Positions 50,240 to 63,958 of a DNA stretch of 64,000 nt are shown here, in pieces. Source of the DNA: Dicyema japonicum (lineage: Eukaryota; Animalia; Dicyemida); assembly GCA_011109175.1 (NCBI GenBank), contig RDEW01000016.1, positions 1,051,653 to 1,115,652 on the forward strand. Direction: 5' to 3'. Position numbers and translations under genes: made by a program. Below the pieces are notes generated by a model. That model did not search any database. It had not been told where the DNA came from and saw nothing but the letters and a program-made list of their open reading frames with translations. The stretch's first letter is position 1. Each line of letters begins with the position of its first letter.

Positions 50240-52098
50240 AAATCACTAAATTTAAATGCACGAAAATTATCATCGATTGTCTTATTAGTAGGTTAATTGA
50301 AAATGGTAGAGTAAATACTTTCAACTTTTGACAGCTCAATGTTCTTTTCGATTTTGGGCTTTGAATCCGGATTCTACATGAAATGTCGGATTTCCAATGT
50401 CTAAAAGTCGTCATCTTTGTCCACCCCTCACGAGAAGAAGAATGAAAAAGGTTAGACATAGATTTACACCATTTCAATCTTCCACCCAATTAACAAATAG
50501 GTAACTCGTCAATGTCCAGAGTGGTTCTCTAAATGTTTTAAAGATAGAAAATAAGATATTATTAAAAAACTCAACATTTAATAAACAAATTCCTTGTTCA
50601 GTCCGTGCACGTTGAAAAAATTGAAATCCAGAGTGATTCGTTCACTGGATCACAATCGATGCTTGATTGCCCTCCCTGCACCCTTTTGGAAGAGTGACAT
50701 AGATTGTAAATAAACTCGAGTTAGTGATAGTCAAATAATTATTCCTGACAAACTTGATGTTGATTTGAGCCAATTTTAAAAATTAAATCTTTATTGAATT
50801 CGCATACTCAAAAAGAGACATCGCTGTCAAAAATCAAGGTATCAATTGACTGTTCTTCAGAAAGGGAAACAAAATTTTCCCTATTAGGGCAGTTTTCAAC
50901 AAAAAACCAATTTTTAAAATTTTGTTCGCCAACTTTTGACTTAGTTCTCCTCGGATAAGGCGTTAGAGATGGAAATCCTATCCGAGACAGTCTCAGAAGA
51001 TGTTGAAATCCCCGAGAGCTTCTCCAATGCATGATCTAGCCAATTAAGCTTAGTAATACCAGGATCCTCAATGACCTGTCCCAAACTTTCAGAGACCACC
51101 AAAAGGCCAGGAGATTCAGTTGATTCCGATGATGATTCATTTCCAACAGCAACATCGGTCTGAGTTGGTTTGATGTCCACTTTTGCTTGATTTTCGATAA
51201 TTAAGTGTCTTTTTGTTTCCGTAAAAGCTGATTTACTTTCCTTCATGACGTGATCAGTGCAGATTGATGAATCCCTGAATTCCTTTGTTCAACAACTTGT
51301 ATGGAATTGTCAACCACATTTTTAGACATAGGTATGGCCAATTTAATTTCTTCCGTTTTTCGAACGGGAGTTTCTTTAATCGGCGGTATTTTGTGGACAA
51401 CACAAATTTTTTCTTGCTTTTCAACTGGCTTTTTAATATGTCGGATTATGTTATCCTCATTAATGGTTAAATTCTATTATGATTTAATTATATAATAATT
51501 AATTTAGCATATTTTATATTGGCTAACCTTCTCTATAATAAAATGATTCTTCACTGGAGTTTCAATTACTTGTCTAGTAATTGTAGTTTTTGCAACCGGT
51601 ATAGTTGGGTTACAGAGTCTTTGAAAGATCGTTCTTTTATTAACTTCATTTTTATCTTAAAGTTGATAAATCCGATACTACTATTTTCCGAGCAAACTTT
51701 AATTAAATGTTCAGCATATTTTGTGTACTGCCTATGCCTATTTGATAGTTTCTTTTCTTTTATTGTCGGTCCTGAAATGTTCAATTCTCCTTTTCTCGTA
51801 GTTTTGTCCTTGATTTTCTGATCCTTCTCATAATTCATTTCAATTTCTTTTATTAGTCCATTTACAGTATTTTTCATTTCGTAATGGTTATGAACAGGAA
51901 TTTCAGATTTTCTATGTAAATTGTTATATTATTTTACTGTGTCTTTGAATAAAGATTTTGAATATTGTGGAGTCTTCGAGAGGCGTCGAGGGATCCAATG
52001 TTCCACTCAATGTTTTCCCTCTTCGATTTTGTGCTCTGTAAGACGTCATAGCCGTGTTTAATCCAGTCTGAGGTATCCAGTTTAGAATGATTTTCCAT
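50240..52098 (-). CDS. Unidentified multi-exon protein (low complexity, basic and acidic blocks)
   Basis: ATG at 52098 (MENHSKLDTS...), a 25-nt GT-AG intron joins it in frame to ORF 51566-51877, further ORFs lie at 50941-51246; 3' end uncertain. Confidence 0.5.
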
Positions 52099-53029
52099 TA
52101 ATCGAATTTGCCTAGCAACATTAAATTTAAATAAATTTCAAATATAAAATTTTTAATTCTTTTTAATAACTCATCAAAATCTACCACGATTCATCCGGGC
52201 AACTTGATTACGCAAGCGCCGCATGGTCAATGGCCATCTCACCCCTTTCCTACACAAAATGTACAAGATCATTGGAGCAAGTTCTAGTCCACCAATCTTG
52301 AAACTTATTTTGTTGAACAACAACGAAATTTATTAAATACAAGCACCATAGACTTTTATTTAACAAAATGTGCTCATTGAAACCTACTTTATGCCAATGA
52401 AAATGGAAATACTGGATGCCTGTCGATGTTGTCTTTTTCAGTTCAGTTAGTTGAGGACTCTATTTATCTTTAACTCGATGAACCTGCAATAAATAAATTA
52501 ACCTCAGATTGATAAGCAATTATTTTGAATGATTATTGGTCAAAGGCTGAGATCAGCTAGTTAGTGATTTGGCTGTGAACCATCAACAAAATCCACTGAC
52601 AATTCAGTCGAAAATTTCGCTTTCTTGCATTGTTCTTTTTTGTTCTACTATAGTGGTATAGTACTATCCACCTTTCTCAAGTGGCTACAAAAATTTTCAC
52701 TTTGTACAATGGATTCGGTTCTCGATGAGTATCATAGATGGGGGATGTTGGTCAATCTTCTATTAGAGGTAAATAATACACTTGGCGTTTTGAGTTGGAC
52801 TCTAATCATCTGTTTAGGTGGTTGGACAAGTTTTGGTTAATAAATAAATTAAGTATATCATCCACGTGTTTAGTAGGTTTGGGCTGGCAAGTCATAATTT
52901 AAATAGACTGGGAGACAGAGGTGATAATTGAGAGATTTTGCTACAAAAATCAAGTTACTGATAACTTAAAAATTTGCACGTGTTTTAGTCATGAAATCGT
53001 AATAAATTAATTTACAAAACAAAAAGTTA

Positions 53030-53640
53030 ATAATCACTGGCTGTTCTCATAATTGAGAACGTATTTACCTTGACGATTAGCAAGGAAATGCGTCAATGAG
53101 CCAGCCCTTCTATCAGCGATCCAATTCTATTTAGCTTCCTATGATTCTTATCAAATAGTTTAAAAATAAAATGTCCGCCGAAAAATTCGTATTTCTTTAT
53201 CTTTAGGGTCTCAGCTTATCCGAGGCTAAGCCTGGGTAAAGTACAGTCATAGCAAGGTTAGAGCGAGAGAGGCTATCCACACATGTGGTGTCCCAGGCGA
53301 GGTATCTACCATTTTTCCATGAGTAGAAAGTTGTCCCGCCAGGCCTTTTGTTGGCTGGGGCAGTCCGAGAGACTCCAGCTAGACAGGGAATCCTCCCGCT
53401 TCTAGTCCTCACTCAATAACTCTATTGATTGACTGTGTCTTGGACTCTTTCCAGCACTCCTCCGGGAGGAGAGAGTGTAAAGACCTTTAGCATCGACAAC
53501 TCTTCCACATCTACAGCGATGGATCACAGAAAAATTTATTTCGAGGCGGACAAAAACTCTAATTCTTGAGGTGTTCTCATCCAATAGTGTCCCAAGTGAG
53601 GTGTATGAGAAGGCTCTGAGACATGCATCACTTTCGTTCG
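53030..53640 (-). pseudogene. Decayed CRE-like fragment
   Basis: HRCRCGRVVD, KRPGGTTFYSWKNGRYLAWDTTCVD parallel CRCGRKVD, KRPDGITVFPFSRGKCLIWD at 61700-61930. Confidence 0.8.
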
Positions 53641-53699
53641 TCGATGCATAAGCTAAAATGAATTACTGAAATATATTATTTTTCTATGTTCCGAAAACT

Positions 53700-54515
53700 T
53701 TCGTCTACAAATTGGATGTCTGGACAACCACTTTATGGAACTCATTTACGCGGATGATGCTGATTTCGTTGAGGAAGATCGGGAATTTATAGACGTTATT
53801 ATGGAGAAAGCGAAAACAACTTTGAGTAAATGGTCCCTCAAAGTCAAAACTGAAATAATCACTATTTAACGAACGCCAACCCGCGTTGAGGAAAGTGGAA
53901 ACACCCGAAAACTCGGATCGTTACTTGGCGATTTAGAAGATATTACACGAAAGATGTTGGCCACAATAGCACTAAAAAATTACAATCCATTCTGATGAGA
54001 AAGAATCACATTCCTACTAAGATGCGATTACGCTTATATAAAGGATTTGTCAGACCAGTCCTCATGTACAACGCAGGTACTCGGGGAACATTAAAGAAAG
54101 ATATGGAACAACTTGACTCTTTTCACAGAGGCCAACTAAGAAAACTCCTTGGATACTCTTGGCCAAAGAAAATCTAAAACAATAAATTATACTGACTGAT
54201 TGTGGACCAATTAAGTCTGAACGTACTTGAAGCCCGCTGGCGCCTTTTTTGACAGATTCTACGGATGGGTGAACAGACACCATGCAATGCCCCCATGGAA
54301 GAATTTTTCGACCATACTGTATCTCCTGCATTCAGAGGACTTCTAAGAAGTTGTCTTCCAAGGACACATGCGGAGGATTACGCAGTGATTGGGGGCCGAC
54401 TGATGGATGCAGACGATCTGGACAAAATCAGGAAACGTGCACGACAGCGAAAGGGATGAAAATGGCTAACGGAAAAGATAATCGAAAAACATGGCACAAG
54501 CGAAATTATTATTAG
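53700..54515 (+). pseudogene. Decayed RTE-like 3' fragment
   Basis: IYADDADFV, RLRLYKGFVRPVLMYNAGT, LDSFHRGQLRKLLG. Confidence 0.8.
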
Positions 54516-54911
54516 TGTTTACTGGTAACCCGAATGTGCTTTAACTAACTAACTTTCGTCTAACAAATTGAAGATGATCAGTGACTCAGTAATTATAAAT
54601 CTAAATTTTTTCACTCTCCATGGTAGTCCCAACTCCACTCGAAACCCTAGTAAAGAAAACGAGTGGGCAGTTCATCTCACGTGAACGCCTACAAGGCTTG
54701 TGACACACAAGCTTACAAAAAGTACGTGGAAACTGAGAGGAACATCGAGCAAAGATGTCTGTTTAGAGAGGTGAGGATCACCCTTTTCTCTAATTTAATG
54801 ATTCTTGGTCTTCAAATTAAATTACTCATAAATATACCTGATTTAGGGTAGTCGTGGAAACAAATGAATAAATATTGAAAATAAATCATTAAAATGAAAG
54901 AACGAAAAGAT

Positions 54912-57900
54912 TTATTCAAAACAAAAAGGACAGACATTGTCATTCTTAAGTCTTAAAAACTCGTATTCTTCAGTCTTGAAAAACTATAAATTCACATTAT
55001 TAAGCAAACCCTCAAACATTTATCGCACGTGCTAACAGCAACTTGATCCACCAGACATCGAAAGTACCGTGTTGGAAGAGGAGGATATTTGAGAATAATA
55101 ATATCGGAAATATGCATGCTCTTCAAAATATCCCTATCAACATAAAACTTGCGACCTTTGGTGACATTCTAAATAACATTCATTATTACTCCCTGAAAGG
55201 ACAGCAAACTGTCAGAAAACAAGTCCTCGCTCTCTTTGGGCATTTCTTCGAAATTTATGCTTTCGTTGTGGTTATTGTTGTTAGTTTTCATAATTGGGAT
55301 GCTTTTTAGGAGTTTTATGACTTCTTCCGTCCTGATTCCGTCTTTGACATAAAATTCAACCAACGGAAGAGCATCTGCCATTTATAGCGAAATATACCAA
55401 AGCTGTCGAATGAGTAAACAAACTCGTGTCCACAAGTACTGCAAGTGAGATTGTTGCGACTTAAAATTGACTTTGTGGCCAGGCACATAAAACAGACGTT
55501 CGACAAATTCTTGAATAAAGTAAACTAAAACATTATTGTCAGTCAACGAAGAAGCCGAAACGGTCAAAAGTCCGTTAATTGCTTTGATTTCTTCTTCAAA
55601 AGTCAGATTCATGCTTAAAAGTCTTTCAAAACAGATCTTTGAGGTTTTATAGACTTCCAACTCCAGCCCAAGTTTTGCCATAATGAAGAGTAATAGCCTA
55701 ATAATTATAAAAATACAAACTTTTCAGATATTTCTGTCCATTTTGGAATATTTGAAAGTGAATTGTAGACAAATTGAGCTCGGTAGAAGATGTCAGTCAA
55801 AGAGTACGTCGTCAGGTAGTTATTCTAGAGGTCATATTCTGAAGTTACTGGATAATGCGGGAGTGGACTATAAGCATAGAGCACATTTGCCATGTTAGAA
55901 TATTCTCTCTGCAAATTCATCATTTCAGAGTTGTCTGATATTAAGATAGAACTACTTTCAGTCGACATATTTTTGAGTATATTTTCCCAAACTTTATGGC
56001 AGAACAACGAGGCTTCATCATAATTCCCCAATTGGCATCTTCCTCCAATATACTCCTCCGCCAACTTTAACGCCTCGTCGTACATTCCGGCTTCGAAAAA
56101 AGCTTGAATTATAATGGTGACAATTTAGTGCTTGGTCGTATTTTTCATTTTCTATGAGAACGAGTGCATTACTCTTATAAATGACTGGCTTGGTCTCTGG
56201 GTATTTATTCGCAAGGGCAAATGCCTGAAGCATTAAAAGGAAATCACCTCATTCCACAGATTTCCCTCAATATAGGCTTCGACTGCCTCGTGGATCATAT
56301 TGACGTTGAGGAAAAGCTCGGCAGCGTGGAAATATTGGTCAAGCTTAAGCAAATAGTCCCCACAAGTTTGATGACTTTTTTTGTCACTTGGGTCAAGTTT
56401 ACGTCCTACATCCACCAACCTAGTATAATTTCACGTGGGTATTACATGTCCTTCCAACCATTAAGACCCATTATTTCGATGGCCTGTTCATATTCCTTCA
56501 CGGAAACGTAAAGTTCGGCTGCATATCTAGGATTCCCTGTCATTCTCTCAAAGTTAGCTTCCTTTATTGAAATCATCCTCATTTTATTGTGGTCGCTCGA
56601 ATCAGATAACATCTGTTTTGTTGAAAAACATCATACACGTGCTTTTTGGAACATACCAATGTCTATATAAATTTGGAGTGACTGTTCGTGCTGTCCAGCT
56701 TCTTCATAAAGCTTAGCAGCCTCGTCAAACCTTCCTTGATATGCCATGATCTGAGCTAAAATAGGTTTGTTTGCTGGATCTTCGGGATCTCCAGAATCAG
56801 AAACCAAGTTCTATTATTTGTAATTACAGGATCTAACCTCAATATCTCCAATCAAGTCCAAGTAGATTATATCGTCTAATTGAATAAACAAGAGACGAGC
56901 TAAATCAAATCGAAAGACATTGAGGAAGGCCAGGGCGAGATTTCTTTTGTCAGCATCAGGAATTCCAATACAAGCAGTTTCGTAGGCGTCCCTAACGGTA
57001 AGCAGAATTAAAACCTGTATTGTTTTTTGTTAAACATTTCAAAGATTGCGTCGGTTAACGGGACTTCCTTGGCCTCGAGTTTGCTACTCGTCTGAACGTA
57101 CAAAGTGGCGAATAAAAATCCACGAATAATAGAGTCGTCCTTAATATTTTAGGTTAAATAATCACTTTGATGGTTTGCCGGTGTATTTGGCGTTCGTCCA
57201 CCACAACAGAGAATGTCTCCTCAGTCGAGTAAGCCAATAGTGAATTACAACTGAGATGCCATTTGGCGCTGATAACGTTATTTTCCTAAACTTAGATTTA
57301 TGAAAACTTGGAAAATAATGTCTTTGTTGTCCAAGTCATAAACTGTCAGCACATTCATTTTGTCTATTATGCAAACTCGGTCCCTCCAGTAGTTCAGTTC
57401 TCCGTAAATAACGGGGTGGAGTTGGTCTTCCACTATTACTTTCTTAAACAGACTGTCAATGCAAATTTCATAAACCTAAGATTGAATGAAATCTCAACTT
57501 TTCCATTTTCTAGTCCGACCAACAAGAGCTCTCTTCTCGGGCACCCCCAATGACTCCTAAAAACGTAATTGAGGATGCAAAGTTCCAAGTCCTCAAATGT
57601 GAGCCATCAAACGACGTTGTCCACAGAGAAGAGTCCTAAATGATAATTATAACGACAAGCACGCTATAAGTCACGAAACAGAAGCTAATCATGCATGCAG
57701 GCTTTTCCTGTTCCATTAAAACGACGGAAGAAATAAATTCACACGATATTTTACCGGGAATAGTAAAATCTGTGTGGTAAATATCGATTTTGGTGGACAC
57801 CCCAATCTATCGTTTGCCATAATTAAGTAACCCCGAGTTTATTTTTACTTAAATAAAGTCTTTCCACGTTTTCTCTTACTTGAAGACAAGCTACACATTA

Positions 57901-59026
57901 CGTAAAATAATTACTTCCTATGTTTTCCGTGAGACACTGTATGATGACCTCCCCCGAGTCAGTCCTGTAAGCGTAGTGGGACTTGTAAAAGGCGTTGACC
58001 AGCTTTTTCTTCAAATGATGGACAGACAAGAATCCGTCTTCGAGTGAGGCCGCCTATTATAAAGAAATCATTTACGATGTATTGGCCAGTTGAATTTAGC
58101 GACAATGACCACGCCCAATTATTAGTCTGAAAGATCTTCCCGACCATCAATCCACTATTATTGAACATCAGACATTGTCCCGTTGATCCTCCCACGAATA
58201 TATTCTCAGTTGTTTTATCGAAGCAGATCCCACATGGGTCAAAATTTAGTGGACATGTTCGGACTTTGCTGTCATTTTCGGGATAAAAATAAAGCAGATT
58301 TTGAGAAAAATCAGCACAAATCAGAAAATCCATTTTATTCGCAGTGCTTTATATGAATAATGAATACTTTAAACATTTCGAAATAATTCTCCAAATGGGA
58401 GAGTTGCTCAGCCGTTTTTTACACAACTTCTTTCCGTCCTGAAATAAATAAAATATTAGACAGTGTCCAGTATAATAATCATTCCATCGAAAAAGCTGAC
58501 TGCAAAATTCGAACTTTCGTGGAGAAATGAGCAGGACAGAGCTTTTGAGTCATGCGGTAGTTTCACCTTGTTGACTCCACTTTGGTCCACACTCCAAAAG
58601 ACTAGGTATAAAAATAAAACAGACCATATTCATGTTGGCTTATTCCCCCCAGTTGGTTCGTGTTTGTATTGAACGACAACGATTGAATTGGACTAGAAAG
58701 ACTAACAAATTAATTCCGTTTTTACGTGAATTTCACCAGTCCTTTATAGTCTTTAGCTACGTTCCAGACGATTATCACATTGTCGGCTCCACCAGAAGCT
58801 ATGTATTCCCCATTCTCAGAGGACGCCAAGCAATATACATTACTTTTATGGCCCTTGAGTTTTCTCACAAATTCTCCGTTCAGAAGACTAAACACTGAAA
58901 TATATTTTTCATTTGTCACTGCGATTTCCTCACTTTTTCCAATAAAACAGCAATCCCAAACTCTACGTTTGATTAGCAATTTTACGGAGATTTCAGTTCA
59001 ATGTGCCATAATAGAGTTGTCTCCAT
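54912..59026 (-). CDS. IFT122: Intraflagellar transport protein 122 (IFT-A; WD40 and TPR); multi-exon
   Basis: LKGHKSNVYCLA..IASGGADNVIIVW; LPLVEFYVKDGI; C-terminal YEFLRL..VCPFC matches the IFT122 terminal zinc ribbon; 23-nt first intron at 58963-58985; stop at 54912-54914. Confidence 0.9.
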
Positions 59027-59357
59027 GATTGCATAGATATATTATTTTTATAAATTTATAGTTTTTGTAATATTCTGAAATTTATTATTTTATTTTCTAA
59101 ATAATTTAAATTAAGTAAATTTATTTGTTTATATGGTCAGGTTAACCATTATCTTTAAATGGAATAAATTGCTGAGATAGTCACTGTTGAGATAATCATA
59201 AATTGTTATAAATAATCACATTTTCCTTATCTAATTACTTTTCAACAATGCTAAGCATCTGGGTAGCATATCAAGTTACAATGTATTATTAATATTAGTT
59301 TCAAGGTACGAAAATAAATTTTTAAAACTAAAAGGTCGAAACATCGAAGTGTCGAAA

Positions 59358-59725
59358 TTAGACTGACCTCCCGAGAGATGTGATGTTTTTTACTTTTGCT
59401 GTGAAAATCCGAGACCTCGGACAATCATCATACACTTTCTTAAAAACTCGGAAATTTTGTCTCAGCTCCCTCAGGTGACCTCCGTGAACACTGAGTACAT
59501 ATAGATAGCAGGCAGTCAAGGCTGCAGTAGCAACCCGAGAAGCCACCAAGTCTCCCCTTTACTTGTTCCTATCGCGAACCATCTCTCAAAGTATTTTCTT
59601 TGTCTGAAACACCTTCCAATATTTTGGAAAAGCACATCGGAGCGTGATTTTTGTAGAAAAAAGTCATCCACAACCAAGTTAGAACTTTTAGGTCCATTCT
59701 CAATACATGTCCAAAAAACCTCCAT
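59358..59725 (-). CDS. Unidentified small protein, probably spliced
   Basis: Two overlapping ORFs (59516-59725 and 59358-59549) in a GC-richer block flanked by AT-rich DNA; no motif recognised. Confidence 0.4.
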
Positions 59726-59959
59726 CTAACTTCTGTGATTTTAATTGAGATTGGAGATTACCTCATTTTCTGTTAACTCTAATTATTTGTTTTTCACAAT
59801 AATTTATAAAAAACTATTAAATAAAAAATTAGTGATTTCAACAACGTCAGCAATGGGCATTTCTTTAAGAATATTTAAACAAAAATGTATTATGTAAAGA
59901 AATCAGAAGAAATTTCAAATATTTAAATAATAAAAATATTTTAGTTCTTATGTGTCATG

Positions 59960-60905
59960 GTAATAAACAAATTTAGTGACGTTGAAGCCCGAGAAAAGTA
60001 TTGTGCTGCATAATCGTTAGATTGGCGATTTACGCCTATGAGTATATGGTTCAGATGGGCGCCACTAACTCCGCTAAACAATTTCTCAGCCAAATTCACA
60101 AAATCGACTACTGCTCTAATTTTGTGGTTGAGAATTCTCCCGGGTTTCTCCATTCCTGGTGGAGGTGAAATTCTTCCTTATCTAAGCATTTATTGGGATA
60201 TCCACTCGGCTTCTCCAGAAAGACGTGACCTGGTACCCTCCTCATCCGAAGCCAAGGCATACTATGACATCATCTTGGGCACTCATCCTCCGGATAACAG
60301 AGTAATCTTTTATTAACAATTTAAAGCCTAAAATGACCCCTTCTCGATCTTCACACCCAGAATACATGCAACCCATGCCTAATCACATGTTTCGTTTTAT
60401 ATGTCTCCTCATGTTAAGCTAATCCCTCCTCTGTGAGACCTCCCGGAATGTACAATGACAACCACAGGATGCCCACTCCTTACCACATGCGTGGATTCGG
60501 TCCGTCCCCTCGGTTTCAACAGGAACATAAGCCTCCATACATGATGCCACATGTAATCTTGGATATGTGATCTCTCAGGGAGGGTATGAGCATCCATATC
60601 CCACTCAAATGGAGAGGATGCCGGTAGATCAGTCAGTTTACAATCTCTCCTCTGAACAGGATGAGACTTTCATGAATTCATTTCAAGTAAAGCCGAAGCG
60701 ACAGGTCTTGGAGTCATTTAATGTTAGATGCTCTCTGATGAGTCCCTACGTGTGCTTAATATGGAATTTCCGGATTTGGGAGTAAATGATATTTTGACAA
60801 TGAATTGGATATATTGAATACTTCCAACTCGGGAATAGTTAACAATGAGTCAATGAATAATTCATACTCTGAGGATCCCTCTCGGTCGTTGAGAGGCCCC
60901 TATTA
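59960..60905 (+). CDS. SSBP2/3/4: Single-stranded DNA-binding protein (Ssdp, LUFS/LisH domain); multi-exon; not shown correctly by the ORF track
   Basis: Removing introns 59998-60020 and about 60165-60188 gives DVEAREKLAIYAYEY...[32 protein letters not shown], the SSBP LUFS signature; Pro/Met-rich tail follows; ends approximate. Confidence 0.88.
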
Positions 60906-61344
60906 GTAGCAAATTGTTAATTAATTTATTGTTTGGCTTTAAATAGCCTTAATTACATTTTCTTTTATAATTACGACAATTCTTCTACAACCTTTATTGT
61001 TAAAGCACTGGTGGAGAAATAATATTCACAGCACATATATTTTATATCAGTGTTTCGTCTCGGAGGGTTTGAATTTTATATAAATTGTTGCTTAAATCGG
61101 GGTAAATATCTATTTTATGTAATAAATTAATATTAATTGATCGAAAAAACTTTGGATCTCATAACGAAAATTTCACAAACTTATTTAATATCCATTTATC
61201 TAATTTTCGTAGAGCAGCCTTCACATATGATTTTATCCCTTTTCAGTCAATATAGGCTTCCTTTAGATATTTCTCACAAATAAATGCACATTTATACAGA
61301 TCTGACTGTATTTCCCTACATTTTCTATTTTTTTCATTTTCAGT

Positions 61345-62850
61345 TAACTACCTACATTTATTTATAACAATAAAATCGTTCTAAAGTCCAGCGATATGAT
61401 CGAGTGGCTGTTACCTCTGACTACTGCCAGGGATATCCTTTGGAAAAGCCACTCGGTTTCCCGACGCTCCCTCGAGGCTTTGGTCAATAGACACCCAAGT
61501 GCTCTAAGGAAAGAGACCGTCTTGGGGCCAAAGACTCCGCTCGTCTCGACGACCACTGGCTGTACATGGAAACGGTTTAGGAGGCTGCTGTATTTCTTTA
61601 TTTTTGAGTTTTCATATAAACGGGCGGCCTCTCCCGCTTTCATTGCCGACCTCAAAAGTTTCGACTGGGAAAAGTCGTCAGTACAGGCAGCATCCCAAAT
61701 TAGCATTTGCCCCGAGAGAAGGGGAAGACAGTAATTCCATCGGGTCGCTTCCCATCATCCCTACTCAAGCCCGTTGGCTCTAGAATGGATGGGTATCCTG
61801 CCAACTCGAGGGCGCGCTTCACCACTTCATTTATAGCCTTGTGTCTAGCGAATCGACCTGCGCTTTTTCGACAAAAAAGGGCATGATGTCCATAGCAGTC
61901 GACCTTCCGGCCGCATCGGCACTCATGGGGTTGACAAACTTTCAATCCAAGTCTGATGGAGACTCCGGTGCGGACCGTTTCATCGTCTAGGTGAGTTCCC
62001 ACGTTTCCAATGGGTAGGGCATTGATCCAAGCCCCGCTCCACTCGCATCTTGCAGTTAAAAGACAGGCTCGTCGGTGTTGGTTAGATATTTTCAAAAGCC
62101 TCTCGTATTTATCCTCGCAAACAGACTCATAAAGGTCTCTCTGCCCGAGTTGTTTGACTTTAGGGTGTACCAAATCTTCGATCTTTGACGACTCTGATGG
62201 GAGCTGGAGAATCATCATGATCAAATTCTGATTGGAGTCCAATGAGGATTGATATGCCGGGTGTGCTAAATCAGATGGTGAGAGAATTCCGAGTCCACCA
62301 AAGCGAACGGGCAAGGTTGCTTGTTCCCATCCTTGTTCGTCGAATTCGACATTAGTAATACGTTCGGTCGTAGACCGGAATAGGGAGTCAATCGCCCCGA
62401 GTTGTTGCATTTTCAGGTAACATGGAGCTCCTCGAAGGACGTAATTTAATTTCTGCGTGGATAAAGCGTTTTTCATGAGAAAAAGAGAGGTATGTGCATC
62501 CAGCATCCCAAGGCGTAAAAAAGTTTTTCTTAGTTGCTGTTCTTTAGCCAACAGAGTGTCGTTAATTCCAGTTTCAGCCAGAGGGCATCCAAGTATTTCC
62601 AAATGATCCGGCTCGATTTCCGATATTTTAGGAATAATCCCCCGAAACATTAATAGGATCCGATTCCATTCATATTGGGAGAATCCATAATTAACAATTT
62701 CGCATTTGGATGCGTTTAGCTTTAAACCAAGCGTATCCAATTGGGTTAGTAATCTCTGTAGACAGTCATATACATTGTTAGGATGACCTCCCAGGGTGCA
62801 ATCATCCAAATACCACACGTTCAGCGGAGTAGTAAGAATATGTTAGGAAA
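61345..62850 (-). mobile_element. 5'-truncated CRE-clade non-LTR retrotransposon (RT C-terminal half, CCHC, REL)
   Basis: WYLDD, LPVRFGGLG, CRCG..GHHALFC, RH, KRPDG, IWD, PVVVETSG; one frameshift at about 61700; taaataaa-type tail. Confidence 0.9.
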
Positions 62851-63481
62851 TACAGTCATCGAGGCGTTTGTTTTTTCCTCTTGGAGACGCGCAACTGATA
62901 TATCATATGTTTAGGTCATTAAAGAGTTGAAATGTCTTGGCAGTTGTACTTATACCTCTGACATTGAATGTCAAGCTATTCTAACTTTGAGAGGTTAATT
63001 AAATTACTCAATATTGAATATCAATTTTGATATTTGACGTTGTCACATGTTTTAGAATTCGATTTTTCACGAATATTCAAGACAGTAATTAATGATCCTT
63101 TTGTTCTACTCAAGGCAGATCTCCTCTGTTCTAATCCTTCTAGGTTTGGGTCGAACGTGACTTGAATTCGGAACATTCAATACCCAAACATTTTTTTGGT
63201 TTAGCAAACTTGTACATCGATATCTTTGAGTTTATCAATCAGTCACAATAATGGGGACCAAAGGCTACGCCCATCACAGAGTAATACAAACACTGCGTCA
63301 AGTCACCACCTCAACTTTTCGCCCTGTTAAAAACCTAATTTTAGTCAATACCCACGAGTAAATAAAAATTTGACATAAATTTATTTTAGTTAATGATAAT
63401 TTATGTTAATCTTGAATTGTATCCCCGATTATCGTTTTCCAATAAAGTTTTTTCCCGTAACAACAGAAAGTCAAATTTATT

Positions 63482-63958
63482 CTACAATAAAACAGCCGTT
63501 AACCTTATTGCTGGCCACGAAGATTTCAAATGAAGGAAAAACTGAACAGAAACTACTAAAATGAGCATTAAAAGTATTCCCCCAGGGATTGATAGCATCA
63601 AGTATAATTTGAACTGCGAGCTAATTCTAATAATCTCCTTCTTGTCGGAAACGTAAAGACAAAATTCTTTTGAGATTGATTCCATCTTCAATTCACATTC
63701 CAGCACAAAGCAGTTAGTTTGGTTGAAATTATGGTTTTTAGTGATAATGTACGTTCGGTTATTCAGTGGAGTCAAATGCAGGAACCCCTCTGGGCTGACG
63801 TTACACACAAAAAGTTGAAATGATTCAATGGTCGCATATCCAACAAATTTGCCTCTGTTTGTATTTTCAGAAATATTCAAAATAATGTTTTGATGACTTT
63901 GGGGGTTCTCAAACTCAACAAAAATCGTGCAGTAATCGCAGAAAATATCGCAGCACAC
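63482..63958 (-). CDS. Exon of a single-pass membrane protein, possibly cadherin-like; gene extends beyond the window
   Basis: ENPQ..ILNISENTNRGKFVG resembles a cadherin repeat start; hydrophobic segment YLMLSIPGGILLMLILVVSVQFFL. Confidence 0.45.
   Translation of the reverse strand: MCCDIFCDYCTIFVEFENPQSHQNIILNISENTNRGKFVGYATIESFQLFVCNVSPEGFLHLTPLNNRTYIITKNHNFNQTNCFVLECELKMESISKEFCLYVSDKKEIIRISSQFKLYLMLSIPGGILLMLILVVSVQFFLHLKSSWPAIRLTAVLL

Noticed and set aside
59941-60316. Track ORFs 59941-60153 (minus) and 60038-60316 (plus) as proteins
   Set aside because: Both are explained as shadow or off-frame readings of the spliced SSBP-like gene.
60731-60765. ctgatgagtccc hammerhead-like start
   Set aside because: No complementary ggac-gaaa follows; it lies in probable SSBP coding sequence.
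7500-62850. Common insertion target (rDNA, snRNA, spliced leader, telomere repeat) for the REL elements
   Set aside because: The 3' flanks of the R4-like and CRE-like copies are unrelated, and I recognised no such RNA gene or repeat in the window.
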